Assembly (NCBI GenBank): GCA_963823665.1
Contig: CAWGMQ010000003.1
Location: forward strand, 864,001-928,000
From: an uncultured Planctomycetota bacterium
GTDB taxonomy: Bacteria; Planctomycetota; Planctomycetia; Isosphaerales; Isosphaeraceae
Direction: 5' to 3'
Length of the DNA: 64,000 nucleotides
The notes beneath the pieces were generated by a model. That model did no database searches, was not told the origin of the DNA, and was given only the letters and a program-made list of their open reading frames with translations. The translations under genes were made by a program, and so were the position numbers. Of this stretch, positions 34,360-45,612 are shown in pieces; the stretch's first letter is position 1, and every line of letters begins with the position of its first letter.

Positions 34360-34498
34360 ATGAGAACAGGACGGATGAATGAAGAGCACCCCCCAGAGCC
34401 GTTCACCCCAGACCTCAGGAGACTGGGCCTCCAAGCTGGCACGTCTGAGAAAAAGCACGCGCTCGGATCAGGAAAGCCACATTCGCCGCGCCGATCTG

Positions 34499-35383
34499 AT
34501 GCATCAGTATCTCGACCCGGTCGTGATCGCCAAGATCGACGATCTGGAGCTCGTCGCGCGCACGGTCGTGGAAGGGTTCTTGCATGGGCTGCACCGATCT
34601 CCTTACGTCGGGTTCTCGGTCGAATTTGCCTCGCATCGCGAGTATCTGCCTGGCGACGATCTCCGGCATTTAAACTGGAAGCTGTTCGCGCGCAATGACA
34701 AGCTCTACGTCAAGCAATACGACGCCGAGACGAACCTCGACTGCCATCTCGTGATCGACGTCAGTGCGTCGATGGAGACGGCGAGCGCGGGCATCTCGAA
34801 GCGGCGTTATGCGACGATGCTGGGCTCGGCGATCGCGCACCTGGCGCTAAGCCAGCACGATGCCGTGGGCCTCACGCTTTTCGCCGACGCAGTGCTGGCC
34901 CACTTGAAGCCCCGGGCCAAATCGAAACAGCTTGAAGATGTGATCGCCGCACTCGGGGGCACGACCGGCAAGACGGCCGCCGCCACGGCCACGGTGCTGC
35001 ACGAGGTCGCGGAGCTGATGCCCCGGCGCGGGCTGGTGGTGCTCGTGAGCGACCTGTTCTTTCCGACCGAGTCGGTCTTCTCGGGGCTCGATCATCTGCT
35101 CTTCCGCGGTCACGACCTGATCGTGTTCCATGTGCTTGACCCGCTCGAGCACCGGTTGTCGGTGGGGGGCCAGGTTCGCTTCCACGACCTCGAGACGGGC
35201 GAAGAGCTGACCACACAGACCGACGAGATTCGACCATTGTATGAAAAAGCACTCCTCGACTGGCAGCGCGAGCTGGATGACGGGTTGCGCGGCCGGTCGG
35301 TCGACCGCGTTCTCGTGACCACCGACCAGCCGCTCGAGCAGGTGCTCTTCGACTATCTCACGCGACGATCGCAACTCTTCTGA
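34499..35383 (+). CDS. DUF58 (VWA-like) protein
   Basis: GLHRSPYVGFSVEFASHREYLPGDDLR, IDVSASM, SDL. Confidence 0.92.
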   Translation: MHQYLDPVVIAKIDDLELVARTVVEGFLHGLHRSPYVGFSVEFASHREYLPGDDLRHLNWKLFARNDKLYVKQYDAETNLDCHLVIDVSASMETASAGISKRRYATMLGSAIAHLALSQHDAVGLTLFADAVLAHLKPRAKSKQLEDVIAALGGTTGKTAAATATVLHEVAELMPRRGLVVLVSDLFFPTESVFSGLDHLLFRGHDLIVFHVLDPLEHRLSVGGQVRFHDLETGEELTTQTDEIRPLYEKALLDWQRELDDGLRGRSVDRVLVTTDQPLEQVLFDYLTRRSQLF

Positions 35384-35396
35384 CGGCGGGTTCATC

Positions 35397-37357
35397 GTGG
35401 CCGGTCTGGGCTTCATTCACCTGGGGTTTCTCGCTGCCGCGGCGGCCGTGGCCGTTCCGATCTTGATCCATCTGCTGTTCCGGCCGCGGGCCCGGAAAGT
35501 GGAGATCGGATCGCTCTGGTTCCTGCGCCGCGTGATCCAGGATTCGGCGCGGCGACGCAAGGTTCGCCGGTGGGTGCTGCTCGCCCTCCGGGCGCTCGGC
35601 GTGCTGTTGCTCGCGCTCCTCTTCGCCCGGCCGTACAGGATCGATGCCGCCGCTTCCGGCTCCGAACGGGAAGTCATTCTGTTGATCGATCGATCCGCCA
35701 GCATGAGCGCCCGAGGCGACGAAACGCCCTTTGCGAAGGCGCAGCAAGAAGCTGGTGAAGTCCTCAAAGACTTACCGGCAGGCACCACGGCGCACCTGGT
35801 GTATTTCGACGCGGATGGCACCGAGCCCGAGCGCGAGGCACGCATTGACACGGCGCTGGAGCCACGGCCCGCCGGCACCGATTTTGGCAAAGCACTGGCA
35901 TGGGCGCGCGACATTGCGATCGCGTCTCGCCGCCAGAACCGCGAGGTCTTGCTGTGGACTGATCTTCAGCGCGCCGGAATGCGGTCGCGGCTCGAGCCGC
36001 CTTTCCCCACGACCGGCGTCCGGCTTCGTGTCACCGACGTCGGCCGGCCAATCACGCGCAATCTCGCCGTCGATCTCGTGGAAGCCGAGCAAACCGATCT
36101 TCGCAAAGGCAAGCCCGTAAGGATCACGGCAAGGATCTTCAATGCCGGGTTCTTCCCGGCCCGCGACGTGCCCGTCTCGCTGGTTCTGGACGGAAAAAGT
36201 CCAATCGAGCACAAGCTCACCATCGAGGGACGCACCCGGGCGCTGGTCACGTTCGAAACGCCGATCACCGAGCCGGGGCTTTATTCCGGGTTTGTCGAGC
36301 TCAAGGGCGGGGACGAGCTACCCTTTGACGACCGGCGCTACGTCGCCTTCGAGACGCGACTGCCGGAACGGGTCTTGCTCGTCGACGGTGAACCGGGCCC
36401 CTCGGTCTTCACGAACGAAACCTATTACCTCGAGACCGCGCTGCGGCTCGGCTTGCCCGGCGACGCGGTGAAGGAAGCTCCCCCTACTCCGTACGAACCG
36501 GTTCGCATCGAAGCCGCGAGCCCGACGGTCGCACTGCCGGACCTGACCGGCTTTCGAGTCGTCGTGTTGTGCAACGTCGGGGGCGTATCCCAGGAAAGCG
36601 CAGGAAGCTTGTTGCGGTTCGTCGAGGCCGGCGGAAGCCTGGTCATTTTCTTGGGAGACCGCGCAGCGCGAGCGGGTACACGACGCTCCATGCCGCGAAG
36701 CTCTTGCCCGGCCAGATCGGCGATCTGGCCGAGCAGGGCCCGTATCGGATCGCGGAGTGGAAGAAGGATCACCCGATCCTCGCTCCCTTCGCCGATCCGC
36801 TGCACGGCGACCTGAGGACCTTGCGATTCCAGAAGATCGCGCGTATCACGCCCGTGCCCGAGGCTCAAGTGCTCGCTGCGGCGCAAGGAGGCCTGCCGAT
36901 CCTGCTCGAGCGGGCCAAGGGCCGCGGGCGATGCGTGCTCTTTGCAATTCCCGCGGACAACGCCTGGGGAGAATGGGCCGTTCACCGGCTCTATGTGCCT
37001 CTGGTTCACCAGGTCGCGGGGTATTTGACCGACCGGCTCCCCGAGACCGGTCGCGTGCAAAGTGCACTCGCGGGCCGGACCGCAAATGAGTCGCCCGGCG
37101 TGAAGATCGAACAAGGCCGTGCGCTCGTCCGCAACATCGACGCCGAGGAATCCGACGTCGAACGAACAACGGAGGCCAAGTTTCGCGAGATGTACCGGCT
37201 GCCCGCAACCCAGCCGGGCGATCTTGAACGAAGCGACCGTTCCAGCCACCTGGCAGCCGGCAGCGAACGCCCCGACGAATTGTGGCGGACCGTCGCCTGG
37301 ATCCTGCTCTTTGTGCTTGTCATCGAAACTTTTGTTGCCAACAAGACCTACGCATGA
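35397..37357 (+). CDS. BatA-domain/VWA membrane protein (frameshift near 36670)
   Basis: AVPILIHLL..LLALR..FARP, LIDRSASM, C-terminal LWR..LVIE..ANKT. Confidence 0.85.
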
Positions 37358-37422
37358 TAGGGATGATTGTTGCCCGCGACGATTGTAGCTGGCCCTGATC
37401 GAGTGAATCGAGGAGCCAATCC

Positions 37423-40400
37423 ATGACCAAGTTCACCGCCGCTCCGGATACCTCAGCACCATTTGGTGAGCTTCCCGGCTTGGTCGGCAGGCTGGAACAA
37501 GCCCGAAACGAGCAGAAGCGATACCGCTTCTGGCTGGGAGTGGCGACGTTCTGCCTGGGTGCGATCGGCATCGTGGCACTGGGCATGTTCGTCGATTGGA
37601 TGTGGGAGGTGCCCGCGTGGCTTCGGGCGCTGGCTTTGCCGGCGCTCATCGGCCTTGCGGTTTTTCTTGTTTGTCCGCTCCCGCCGGCCGTACAGTAGCC
37701 CTCAGGCCGCGGCGGACGCCGAGCGGCAGTTCCCGGAGCTGGGCCAGCGAGTTCGAACGGTCGTGCAGTATGCCGATCCGCAGTCGAGCGCCCGTGCCGG
37801 CCTCGCCCGGATTGCTCCGGGCACTGGTCCGTCAGACGGACAAGCAGACCGAAGCACTCGACTTTCGAAAGCTGGTCCCGTGGCCTATCTTCGAGCGCAG
37901 GGCGATCGGCTTGTTCCTCGCGTCGATTATCGGGCTCATAACACTGTTCGCGAGCCCTTCGATACGAACCGCCGCCTTGCGAATGCTGCTCTTGCCGGCG
38001 CACTACACGACGGTGAAGGTCGAGCCCGGTGACGGCACGCTCAAGGCGGGCGAAACACTCAAGCTCGCGGTCACACTCGAGGGCCGGCCGGTCAAGACTG
38101 CCCAATGGCTGCACCGGAAGAACGGGGGCCAGTGGATTCTCGCACTCGCTCGGTGCAGATCCAGAGCACCGAAGCACCCGCGAAGCCGCTCTCCGGGCGG
38201 CTCACGGCGAAGCTCGAGGATTGCCAGGAAGACTTCGAATATCGCGTGGCGGCGGGTGAAGTTGCAGAGCCCGGTGTATCAGGTCAAGATTGTGCATCCC
38301 CTGCTGCTGAAGAAACTGGAGGCGACCGTCACGCCACCGGCCTACACGCGGCAGCCGCCGGTTGTATTGAATGACGGCAACTGGAATGCGGTTGAAGGCT
38401 CCCAGGTCGAGATCCGGATCGCGCTCGACCGCCAGCCCCAGACGGCCGAGCTCAAGCTGAGTGCGGGTGGGCAACCCCTGCCCGAAAAGGTCGACCTGCG
38501 GATCGACGGGGGCAAGCTCTCGGGCGTCATCGCTTCGGTCACGAAGGACCTCGAACTCGAGCTCACGGCGACAGCCACCGACGGCATGACGCTCGAGCCA
38601 GAAAAGCGCCGGATCAAGGTGGGTGCGGACCGAGAGCCGACGGTCCGGTTCGTGCAGCCGGAAGAGGCGCTCGCCGTGATACCCACGACCGAGGTGCCCA
38701 TCCAGGTGGAGGCACGCGACGACTTCGGCGTGAGCCTGCTGGGAATCAACTTCAAGATCGGTGACGGACCTGAAGAGACGCTGCACCTCTGCGAAGCTCA
38801 AGGATCAGCCGCTCACGGCGGCCGCGCTCGAGACTCTTTATCTCGAGAAGCACTCGCTCGACTACAAGGGGGCGATCACCTATTACGCGTACGTCGAAGA
38901 CAACCATTCGCCCAAGCCTCACCGGGTTGTCTCCGACTTGCGGTTCATCGACATCCTGCCGTTCAAACAGGAGTATCAGTTCGTCGACGGGGAAGGCTCG
39001 TGCAAAGGCAGCTCGGTTTCGCTCGAGGAGCTGATCGCCCGCCAGCGTGACAACTTGAACCGCACGTTCGCACTGGAGCGCGAATCCGAGGTGAAAGACG
39101 GCGACGCCAAGCGCCTGGCCAAGTATCAGGCCGAGCTGCACGCGGCGACCGAAGAGTTTGCCCAGGGCATCGCCGCGATTGCGGGTCCGGTCCCTGCACT
39201 GGAAAAGGCCGTCGCTGCCATGCAGTCGGCCACGACTGCGCTCGAGGCCAAAGACGTGGCGGGGGCCCGGCCGAACCAGGAGGCCGCACTCAAGGAATTG
39301 ATCACAGCCCGACAGAATCTTCGGAAATTGCTCAAGCAAAGCTCTTCGAGCTCCGCGAGCGCCTGCCGCAAGTTCGACCGGCGCAGTCGCAGAAGCTCCG
39401 CCGGCCCCCGAAGGATGAAAGCAAGCAGCAGATTGCAGCACTGGAAAAAGACCTGCGCGAGCTGGCCAAGCGCGAAGAGAAGTTCTCCGAGCAGCTCGAG
39501 CCCAATGGCAGTGGCGGGCCACAGGTCGACCCGCCTGCAGAGAAACAAGAGTCACCCAAAAGCGCCGCGAAGGCATCGAGCAAGTCTTCATCAAAGGGCT
39601 CCAAGAGCGGGTCATCGTCGAGCTCGGTCGCGAGCCAGAACGAGAACGCGGAGAAGAAGCCCAGCCTTGCGGAAGAGCAGAAACAGGCTGCCCAGGAAGC
39701 CGAGCGACTGAACAAGCTGGCGCAGCAAGACGACGCCATGACCGAGGACGCCCAGAAACGCATCGGCCAGGCCGCGGAAACGGTCTCCGAGTCAAGCCGC
39801 GCCATGGACGAGAAGCGAGCGGCTGATGCGGCAAGGAAAGCCCGTGAGGCGGCGCGGCGGCTGGCGGCGCTGGCGCGACAGGTCGGTGCGCTCAAGGCCA
39901 AGGAGCTTTCCGACATGCTGGCCCGCGAGCGCGATTTCGCCCAGGAGATCGCGCGTGCGGAGCGAGAGCTTGCTCAGGCGCTCGAAAAGCAGGACCCCGC
40001 TGGCCAGGGTCAAACATCACGAGATTCACAAGCGCTGGCTGACCGTCAGCGTGAACTGGCGGACGATACGGCGGCGCTTGCCGACGTTCTCGAACAGATC
40101 AAGGCGGCGGCGCGGCTCGACGACCGGGAGATTGCTCAGTTGATCGCCCAGGCCGAGAGCACGAGCCCGCCGCGCGAGATCGAGCGGGCGATGCGGCAGA
40201 ACGCCGATGCGATCGGCTCCGGCAAGGCGGCGACTGCCGCGAGCGATGCGGCCTCGGCTGCGGAGCGGCTCGAGGCGCTGGCGCAGGATCTCGAGTCGGC
40301 ACGGCGCGCCGCCGCTGGACCGGAGCTCGAGCGGTTGCTGGCTGCCGAAAAAGAGGCGGCGGCTTTGCAGGAGCGCTTGCGCAACGTCCGCCAGAGCTCG

Positions 40401-40748
40401 CAACAGGCGGGCGCCGAGCGGGCGTTCGAGGAATTTGCGGGCCGGCTCGATCGACTCGCTCCCCGCGAAGGGGCTTTGAAGCAGGCGGCCGAGAACATGA
40501 CGGCAGCGGGTCGCGCGGGCCATGGCGGCTGGTCGACGGCTGGAACAGTGCAAGACGGCCAGGCGACTCTTCTGGTGCCACCCACGAATCTTACCCAAAC
40601 GCTGGCCGCGGCGATCGTCGCCCTTCAGGCAAAGATCCAGGAGATGGTGCTGGAGAATACGCTGGTCGAGCGCAACGGACCGGTTCCTCCGCGGTACAAG
40701 ACCCTGGTCGACGATTATTACCGCGTGCTTTCGCAGGACTTGAGGTGA
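37423..40748 (+). CDS. Large membrane/coiled-coil protein, DUF4175-like (multiple frameshifts)
   Basis: TM N-terminus, TVTPPAYT, ARDDFGV, a long helical tail ending VPPRYKTLVDDYYRVLS. Confidence 0.7.
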
Positions 40749-40822
40749 ACGAGAAGGGACCTCCTGAGCACGCGCATCCAGCCGGCTCCCCGTCACGAGC
40801 AACGACCAATTGAGAACGGTAG

Positions 40823-43110
40823 ATGGTCTGGTCAAATCCCTACAACGGCCTCTTTTTCATTCTGCTTACGTTCGGCCTGCTGGGATCGCTCGGTCTGGCG
40901 TTCCGGCTGGCCGCGGCTCCCAACGCGCGGAGCGTCGCTCTGGTCGTGCTGCGAGCGGCGGCAATCGGCACTCTGGTTCTGATCCTGCTCAACCCGACCC
41001 GCGTTCAGGAAACCAGGCAGACCGGTCCGGAGCCCGCCGCTCTTTTCCTGCTCGATGAATCGCGCAGCATGGGCCTGGAAGCGCCGCGCAGCCGCGCGGA
41101 AGCCGGGCACGAGCTGATTCAACAGGCGCTTTACCGGCTTCCTTCGGGACGCCGGCCCCCGATCCAGAGATTCGGATTCGGCAGCGACGTCACAGCGCTC
41201 GCCGATAACGACCCGGCGCTGCGCCCAAGGATGATGAAACCCGGTTGAACCGGGCCCTCGAACAGCTCGCGGGGCGATTCGGCGATGGGTTGCCATTCGG
41301 GGTTTTTGTCTTCTCCGACGGCCGTTCGACCGATCAAGAGCCAATTGAATCCACGGCCCGAGCGTATCGCGAGATGGGCGTGCCGGTGCACGTGGTCGCT
41401 CTCGGTGATGAGCGAGTCTCGGGCGACGTCGCCATTTCGGACATCGACGCCCCCCGCGACGTTCGCCCGGGCACGCGCGTTCCCGTGCGGGTGACGCTGC
41501 GCAGCCGCGGTTATGCTGGACAGCGCGCCGAGCTCCAGTGCGCTCGAAATCTGACCCGCACGCGGGTCCGATCGCCACGCTGCCGCTGACTCTCGCGGAC
41601 GGCGAGCAAAGTTCCGAGCTCGTCATCGAGACCGATCGAGCCAAGGGCCTTTTGACGGTAGAGGTTCTCGTCGTTCCCGCACGAGGCGCTCGTCTCGAAC
41701 AACTCCGTCGCCTTTCAGATATCGCCGCGGGATGCGAGGCTCCGCGTGATCTACATGGAAGGTACGCCTGCGAATGAGTACCGCTACTTGCAGGATGCGC
41801 TTCACGAGGATCCGGACATCCGGTGCACGTCGATGGTGGTCGGCAACCAGCAGGATGCTCAACCGCGGCTCTCGCGCGTCGACGAGCCCGCGCGTGGGTT
41901 TCCGACGACGCGTGAAGAGCTTTTCGGCTACGACGTGGTCATCTGCAGCGATATCGCCCGGCGCGCGTTCACCCCCGAGCAGCTCGCGTGGACCGTCGAG
42001 TTAGTCGCCAAGCGCGGAGGCGGATTCGCCATGATCGGCGGCATGACCAGTTTCGGCTCCGGCGAATGGGACCAGACCGTCTGGGACGGCATGATTCCGG
42101 TCGACATGAGCGGCCAGGGGCCGGATGTGCGGTCCGAGAATTTCTGGGGTGAGTTTCGCGTGGTGATTCCACCGCAGGCGATGGACCACCCCATCTGGCG
42201 GATCGTCGACGACCTCGCGCGCAACCGCCAAATCCTCGCGGGCATGCCAGCCTTCTTCGGGACAAACTTGATCGACCGCCTCAAGCCGGCCGCCACCGTG
42301 CTCGGGCTTTCGCAGGGCCCGCTCTCCGCCTCGGGACCAGCGACCATTTTCTCCTGCCAGACATTCGGCCGCGGACGCACCTTTGCGATGGCGACCGACA
42401 CAACGGTCGATTGGGGCCGCGATTTTGAGAAATTCTGGGGTCAAGGCGACAACCGCTACTTTCGTAAGTTCTGGCGAAATGTCGTCCGCTGGCTCGCCGA
42501 GAACAGCGAGGCGAGCCAGCAGCGGCTGCGGGTTGAAACCGACAAGATCATCTACCATCCGGGGCAGGAGATTCAGGTCACGGCGCGGGCCTACGATGAA
42601 GAGAGCCGGGAGACGAACCGCTACCGCGTGGTTGCCCGTCTGCGAGGCCCGGACGAGCCCGAGACGCGCCCGTTCGACGAGACCGCTCATTCGCTCGCGC
42701 CCCAGCCCAAGGACCTCACGTACAGCGGGAAGCTGCCCGCGCCTCAGCTTGCGGAGATCCTGGCCGGCGGTGGGACCACGCTTCACAAGTTTTTCCTCGA
42801 CGTTGCCGCGATGCAGGGCGACCAGGTGGTGGGTCAGTCAAGCGCCCTACTCCAGACCATTGACGATCCGGCCGAGTTTCACGACCCTCGGCCGGACCAC
42901 GCGGCGCTACTTGCGCTGGCTAAGGGAACCGGGGGTCGCGCCATCCAGAATCCAGCGGAGCTCGCGGATTTGCTGGGGCGCCACCCGGATGCGGCCGTCC
43001 GGTTGATCGTCAACCGCTGGCCGCTCTGGGACAGTCCGTTGCTGTGGACGCTCTTGCTGGGATGCCTGGCTTGCGAATGGATTCTCCGGCGGCGCAAAGG
43101 GCTGGCGTGA
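40823..43110 (+). CDS. VWA plus GATase1-like membrane protein (frameshifted)
   Basis: LLDESRSM, FSDGR, YDVVICSD, GGGFAMIGG..SFG.G, FGRGRT, EWILRRRKGL. Confidence 0.82.
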
Positions 43111-43210
43111 GGAGATGATGAGACTCTCTATCGGACGCTCATCAATTGCGGTTTCTCGATCCGGATGTCGCCACAGCCGCAAGCCCGGTATCGGTGTAAG
43201 GGAGCTTCCA

Positions 43211-43468
43211 CCACGAATCTCACGAATCTCACGAATCAGACATTTCCGGAAACATAAGCGGGAAATGCGCTTCACGCGCCGACGATCGCGCGCGCCTCGT
43301 CCGTGAGCAGGATCTCCATCCTTGCTTCTCTCTCTCTTCGCCCATTCGTGGTATTCGTGAGATTCGTGGTTCCGCTTCCCCGCGCGGTGCCACACAAGAG
43401 GCATGGCCGGGATCGCAAGCTCGGTCGTATCAATGCAAGGGAGCCTCGACCACGAATCTCCCGAATCA
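43211..43468. repeat. CACGAAT(CT) 9-bp tandem repeat blocks in alternating orientation
   Basis: 43211-43237 (+), 43344-43371 (-), 43449-43468 (+). Confidence 0.85.
43272..43319 (-). pseudogene. 15-codon stub resembling a GxxExxY protein N-terminus
   Basis: MEILLTDEARAIVGA* lying between inverted CACGAAT repeat blocks. Confidence 0.55.
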
Positions 43469-43505
43469 CACTCGCGCTTCCGCTCGAGATTACACCGAAC
43501 GCGGG

Positions 43506-44006
43506 CTAGAACCGAGTCAGTCTGTCAATGACTGCAAAAAGAAACGCGAGCCCAACCGAAACGCAAACCGCGCATCCCAGGAGGTCCGTCCACCGGCAGG
43601 CGGTGGCTTGCCGGGTCGCGCACAAGCCGTGCGCAAGACTGAAGAATGCCACGCAGGAGAATACCCCTTGCACCCAAATCCAGAGCAATTCGAGAGTCAA
43701 GGGAGAGCCGCCCATTACGCGACAGAACTCTATCGTCAGATAAAGAGCGAGCGGGACGAGCCAGAACCATTCGCCGCGGCTCAGCGCGGAACGACGACCA
43801 CGTAAGAGTTGGCTCGAGAGGACCAATGGCGCAGCGATTGCACCCGACCATAGGACGCATGACACCGCCCACTCAACTTTGTCGCGAGGACGAGCGCTAC
43901 GTAAAATCCAGGGCATGAGGTTCGTTGCGACGCATGTGCCCAGTGCGAAGGCCGCGATTAAAATGGTCGCGTCCATCAGGGTGAATCTGGTCGCGTTCGA
44001 CCTCAC
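43506..44006 (-). CDS. Hypothetical membrane protein
   Basis: RFTLMDATILIAAFALG start and about 5 hydrophobic helices. Confidence 0.7.
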   Translation of the reverse strand: MRSNATRFTLMDATILIAAFALGTCVATNLMPWILRSARPRDKVEWAVSCVLWSGAIAAPLVLSSQLLRGRRSALSRGEWFWLVPLALYLTIEFCRVMGGSPLTLELLWIWVQGVFSCVAFFSLAHGLCATRQATACRWTDLLGCAVCVSVGLAFLFAVIDRLTRF

Positions 44007-44299
44007 TATTCCGCTCCGAGTTCGTGAACGAGCCCTTTGTGCTTCGTGACTGCCTCGATATCGACCCCCAAGCCGTTAGAGATCTCTCGCTGAAAGGTCG
44101 GCCAGAGGGCGTCGGCATCCAGGTCGAGATCGAGAACTCCGGAGCGGGGGATCTCGTCACGGATAATGTCGAACAGGTCGCCGACTCTGATATCAGGCGG
44201 GTCGTTCGTCATGACCATTTTTAAGAGCCGATCACGGCTGAGCTTGACTCCGAAACGCCTCTCGAGGCGAAAGACGATATCAAATAGGTCGATCCCCAT
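44006..44299 (-). CDS. Acyl-carrier-protein-like small protein
   Basis: MGIDLFDIVFRLERRFGVKL..IRVGDL, followed by a second ACP-like half (LGVD..V....LV.EL). Confidence 0.6.
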   Translation of the reverse strand: MGIDLFDIVFRLERRFGVKLSRDRLLKMVMTNDPPDIRVGDLFDIIRDEIPRSGVLDLDLDADALWPTFQREISNGLGVDIEAVTKHKGLVHELGAE

Positions 44300-44375
44300 G
44301 TGTTTCGCCTCGGTCTGGAACAGGCGTCAAGTCCCAACAATCCTCCGGACGATAAGGATTCGCGCAACGGCTGAT

Positions 44376-44756
44376 TCAATTCTTGGGCGCTGCCTCGGTC
44401 AATTCAACCCGGTGCCCGTCGGGGTCGACCACCACGGTGCGCATTCCCCAGGGACTGTCCTTCGGCGGGGATAACACGACTCCACTTTCCTTCGCGAGGG
44501 AATCCAGCACTTTGGCGATCGACTGGACGCAGAATCCGAGTCGGACTCCTTTCGTTTTCACAGTACCTTCCGAAGGGTAAACCTCGAGAACAACCGACCC
44601 CACCCGGCCTGCCAGGTGCTCCGGCCCGGACCCGTGGATCTCGCGGGCGAGCTCGACGCCAAGCGCTGCGAAGAACCGCGCGGAGCGATTCAGGTCAGCG
44701 GACCGGATCACGACAAGGTTCAGGCTGACCGCTTCACGCGTCATTGTAAATATCAC
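44376..44756 (-). CDS. VOC/glyoxalase family protein
   Basis: LNLVVIRSADL..S..FF, HGSGPEH, SPWG...VV.DPDGHRVEL. Confidence 0.85.
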   Translation of the reverse strand: MIFTMTREAVSLNLVVIRSADLNRSARFFAALGVELAREIHGSGPEHLAGRVGSVVLEVYPSEGTVKTKGVRLGFCVQSIAKVLDSLAKESGVVLSPPKDSPWGMRTVVVDPDGHRVELTEAAPKN

Positions 44757-44765
44757 TCCGCAGTC

Positions 44766-45420
44766 TCACGGTTGCTTCCCGGCCTCGTCAGACGGCTTCG
44801 CCAGCTTGGCCTTCCACTCGGTGACCTTCTCCGGCTTGTCCCAGGCCTCGTAGAGCTTGAGCATGCGCTCGGACGCCTCGGTGAGGCGGCTCTTGCCGGG
44901 CGGTGGGATCTTGGCCTCGCGAGCTTTCAGGCCCTCGTAACCCGAGATGATCAGCGGCTCGGCCTCGGCAAACTTCTTCTGGCCCAGCAGGCTGCCACCG
45001 AGCTGGCTGCGGGTGTTGAATGTGTTCCACTCCTCGGGCTGGAGCTTCTCGCGGATGGCTAGGCACTCGCGCAGGACCGGCTCGGCCTCGGTCCACTTGC
45101 TGTGCTGGATGTGGCTCAAGCCCAACACGGCCATAAAACCGGCCGTCCTGGCGTCGCCGGCCCCGAACCGCTTGCGGGCGCCTTCTATGCCGGCACAGAG
45201 CAGCGGCTCGGCTTCGACGAAGCGGCCCGCCTGGGAGAGGAGTTGAGCCAGATCCATTGTCAAGTCGACGGTCAACGCCCCGTCCAGTCCCTGGAGCTTG
45301 CGGTAGCCCTCAAGCGCCTGGCGGAACAACGGCTCGGCTTCGGCAGGCTTCGAGGGTGCCAGATCGTGGGCCCGTTTGTGGATGCGCTCGAGCGCCTCGG
45401 CATCGTCGGGCTTGGGGGTC
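44766..45420 (-). CDS. TPR segment typical of Ser/Thr kinase C-termini; probably the detached tail of the upstream kinase
   Basis: AEPVLRECLAIREK..W.TFNTRSQLGGSLLGQKKFAEAEPL..GYEG. The frame stays open upstream to about 45505 with no clear start. Confidence 0.7.
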
Positions 45421-45579
45421 GCAGGGGCGAGCGACTCCCGCGGAGGCGCGGAGGGTCTCCGACTCGGCGGGGGCCCCAGCCTGGGCTGATGAAAAGCGGG
45501 CGATCGTCACAAACTTCGCAGTAAACGCGCCGGCGTTTTCTGTTGCGCGAATGCTCTCTGGCGGCGGCGGCCGCAATGC

Positions 45580-45612
45580 ACCCCCCCTGGCCCCCCCTTC
45601 TAAAGGGGGGAA
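45580..45612. repeat. Fourth copy of the C7-TGG-C7-TTCTAAA-G6 repeat
   Basis: ACCCCCCCTGGCCCCCCCTTCTAAAGGGGGGAA, matching 12696-12730. Confidence 0.85.

Noticed and set aside
43211..43468. Possible CRISPR or iteron array
   Set aside because: These are 9-bp units in inverted blocks, with no spacers and no rep gene.
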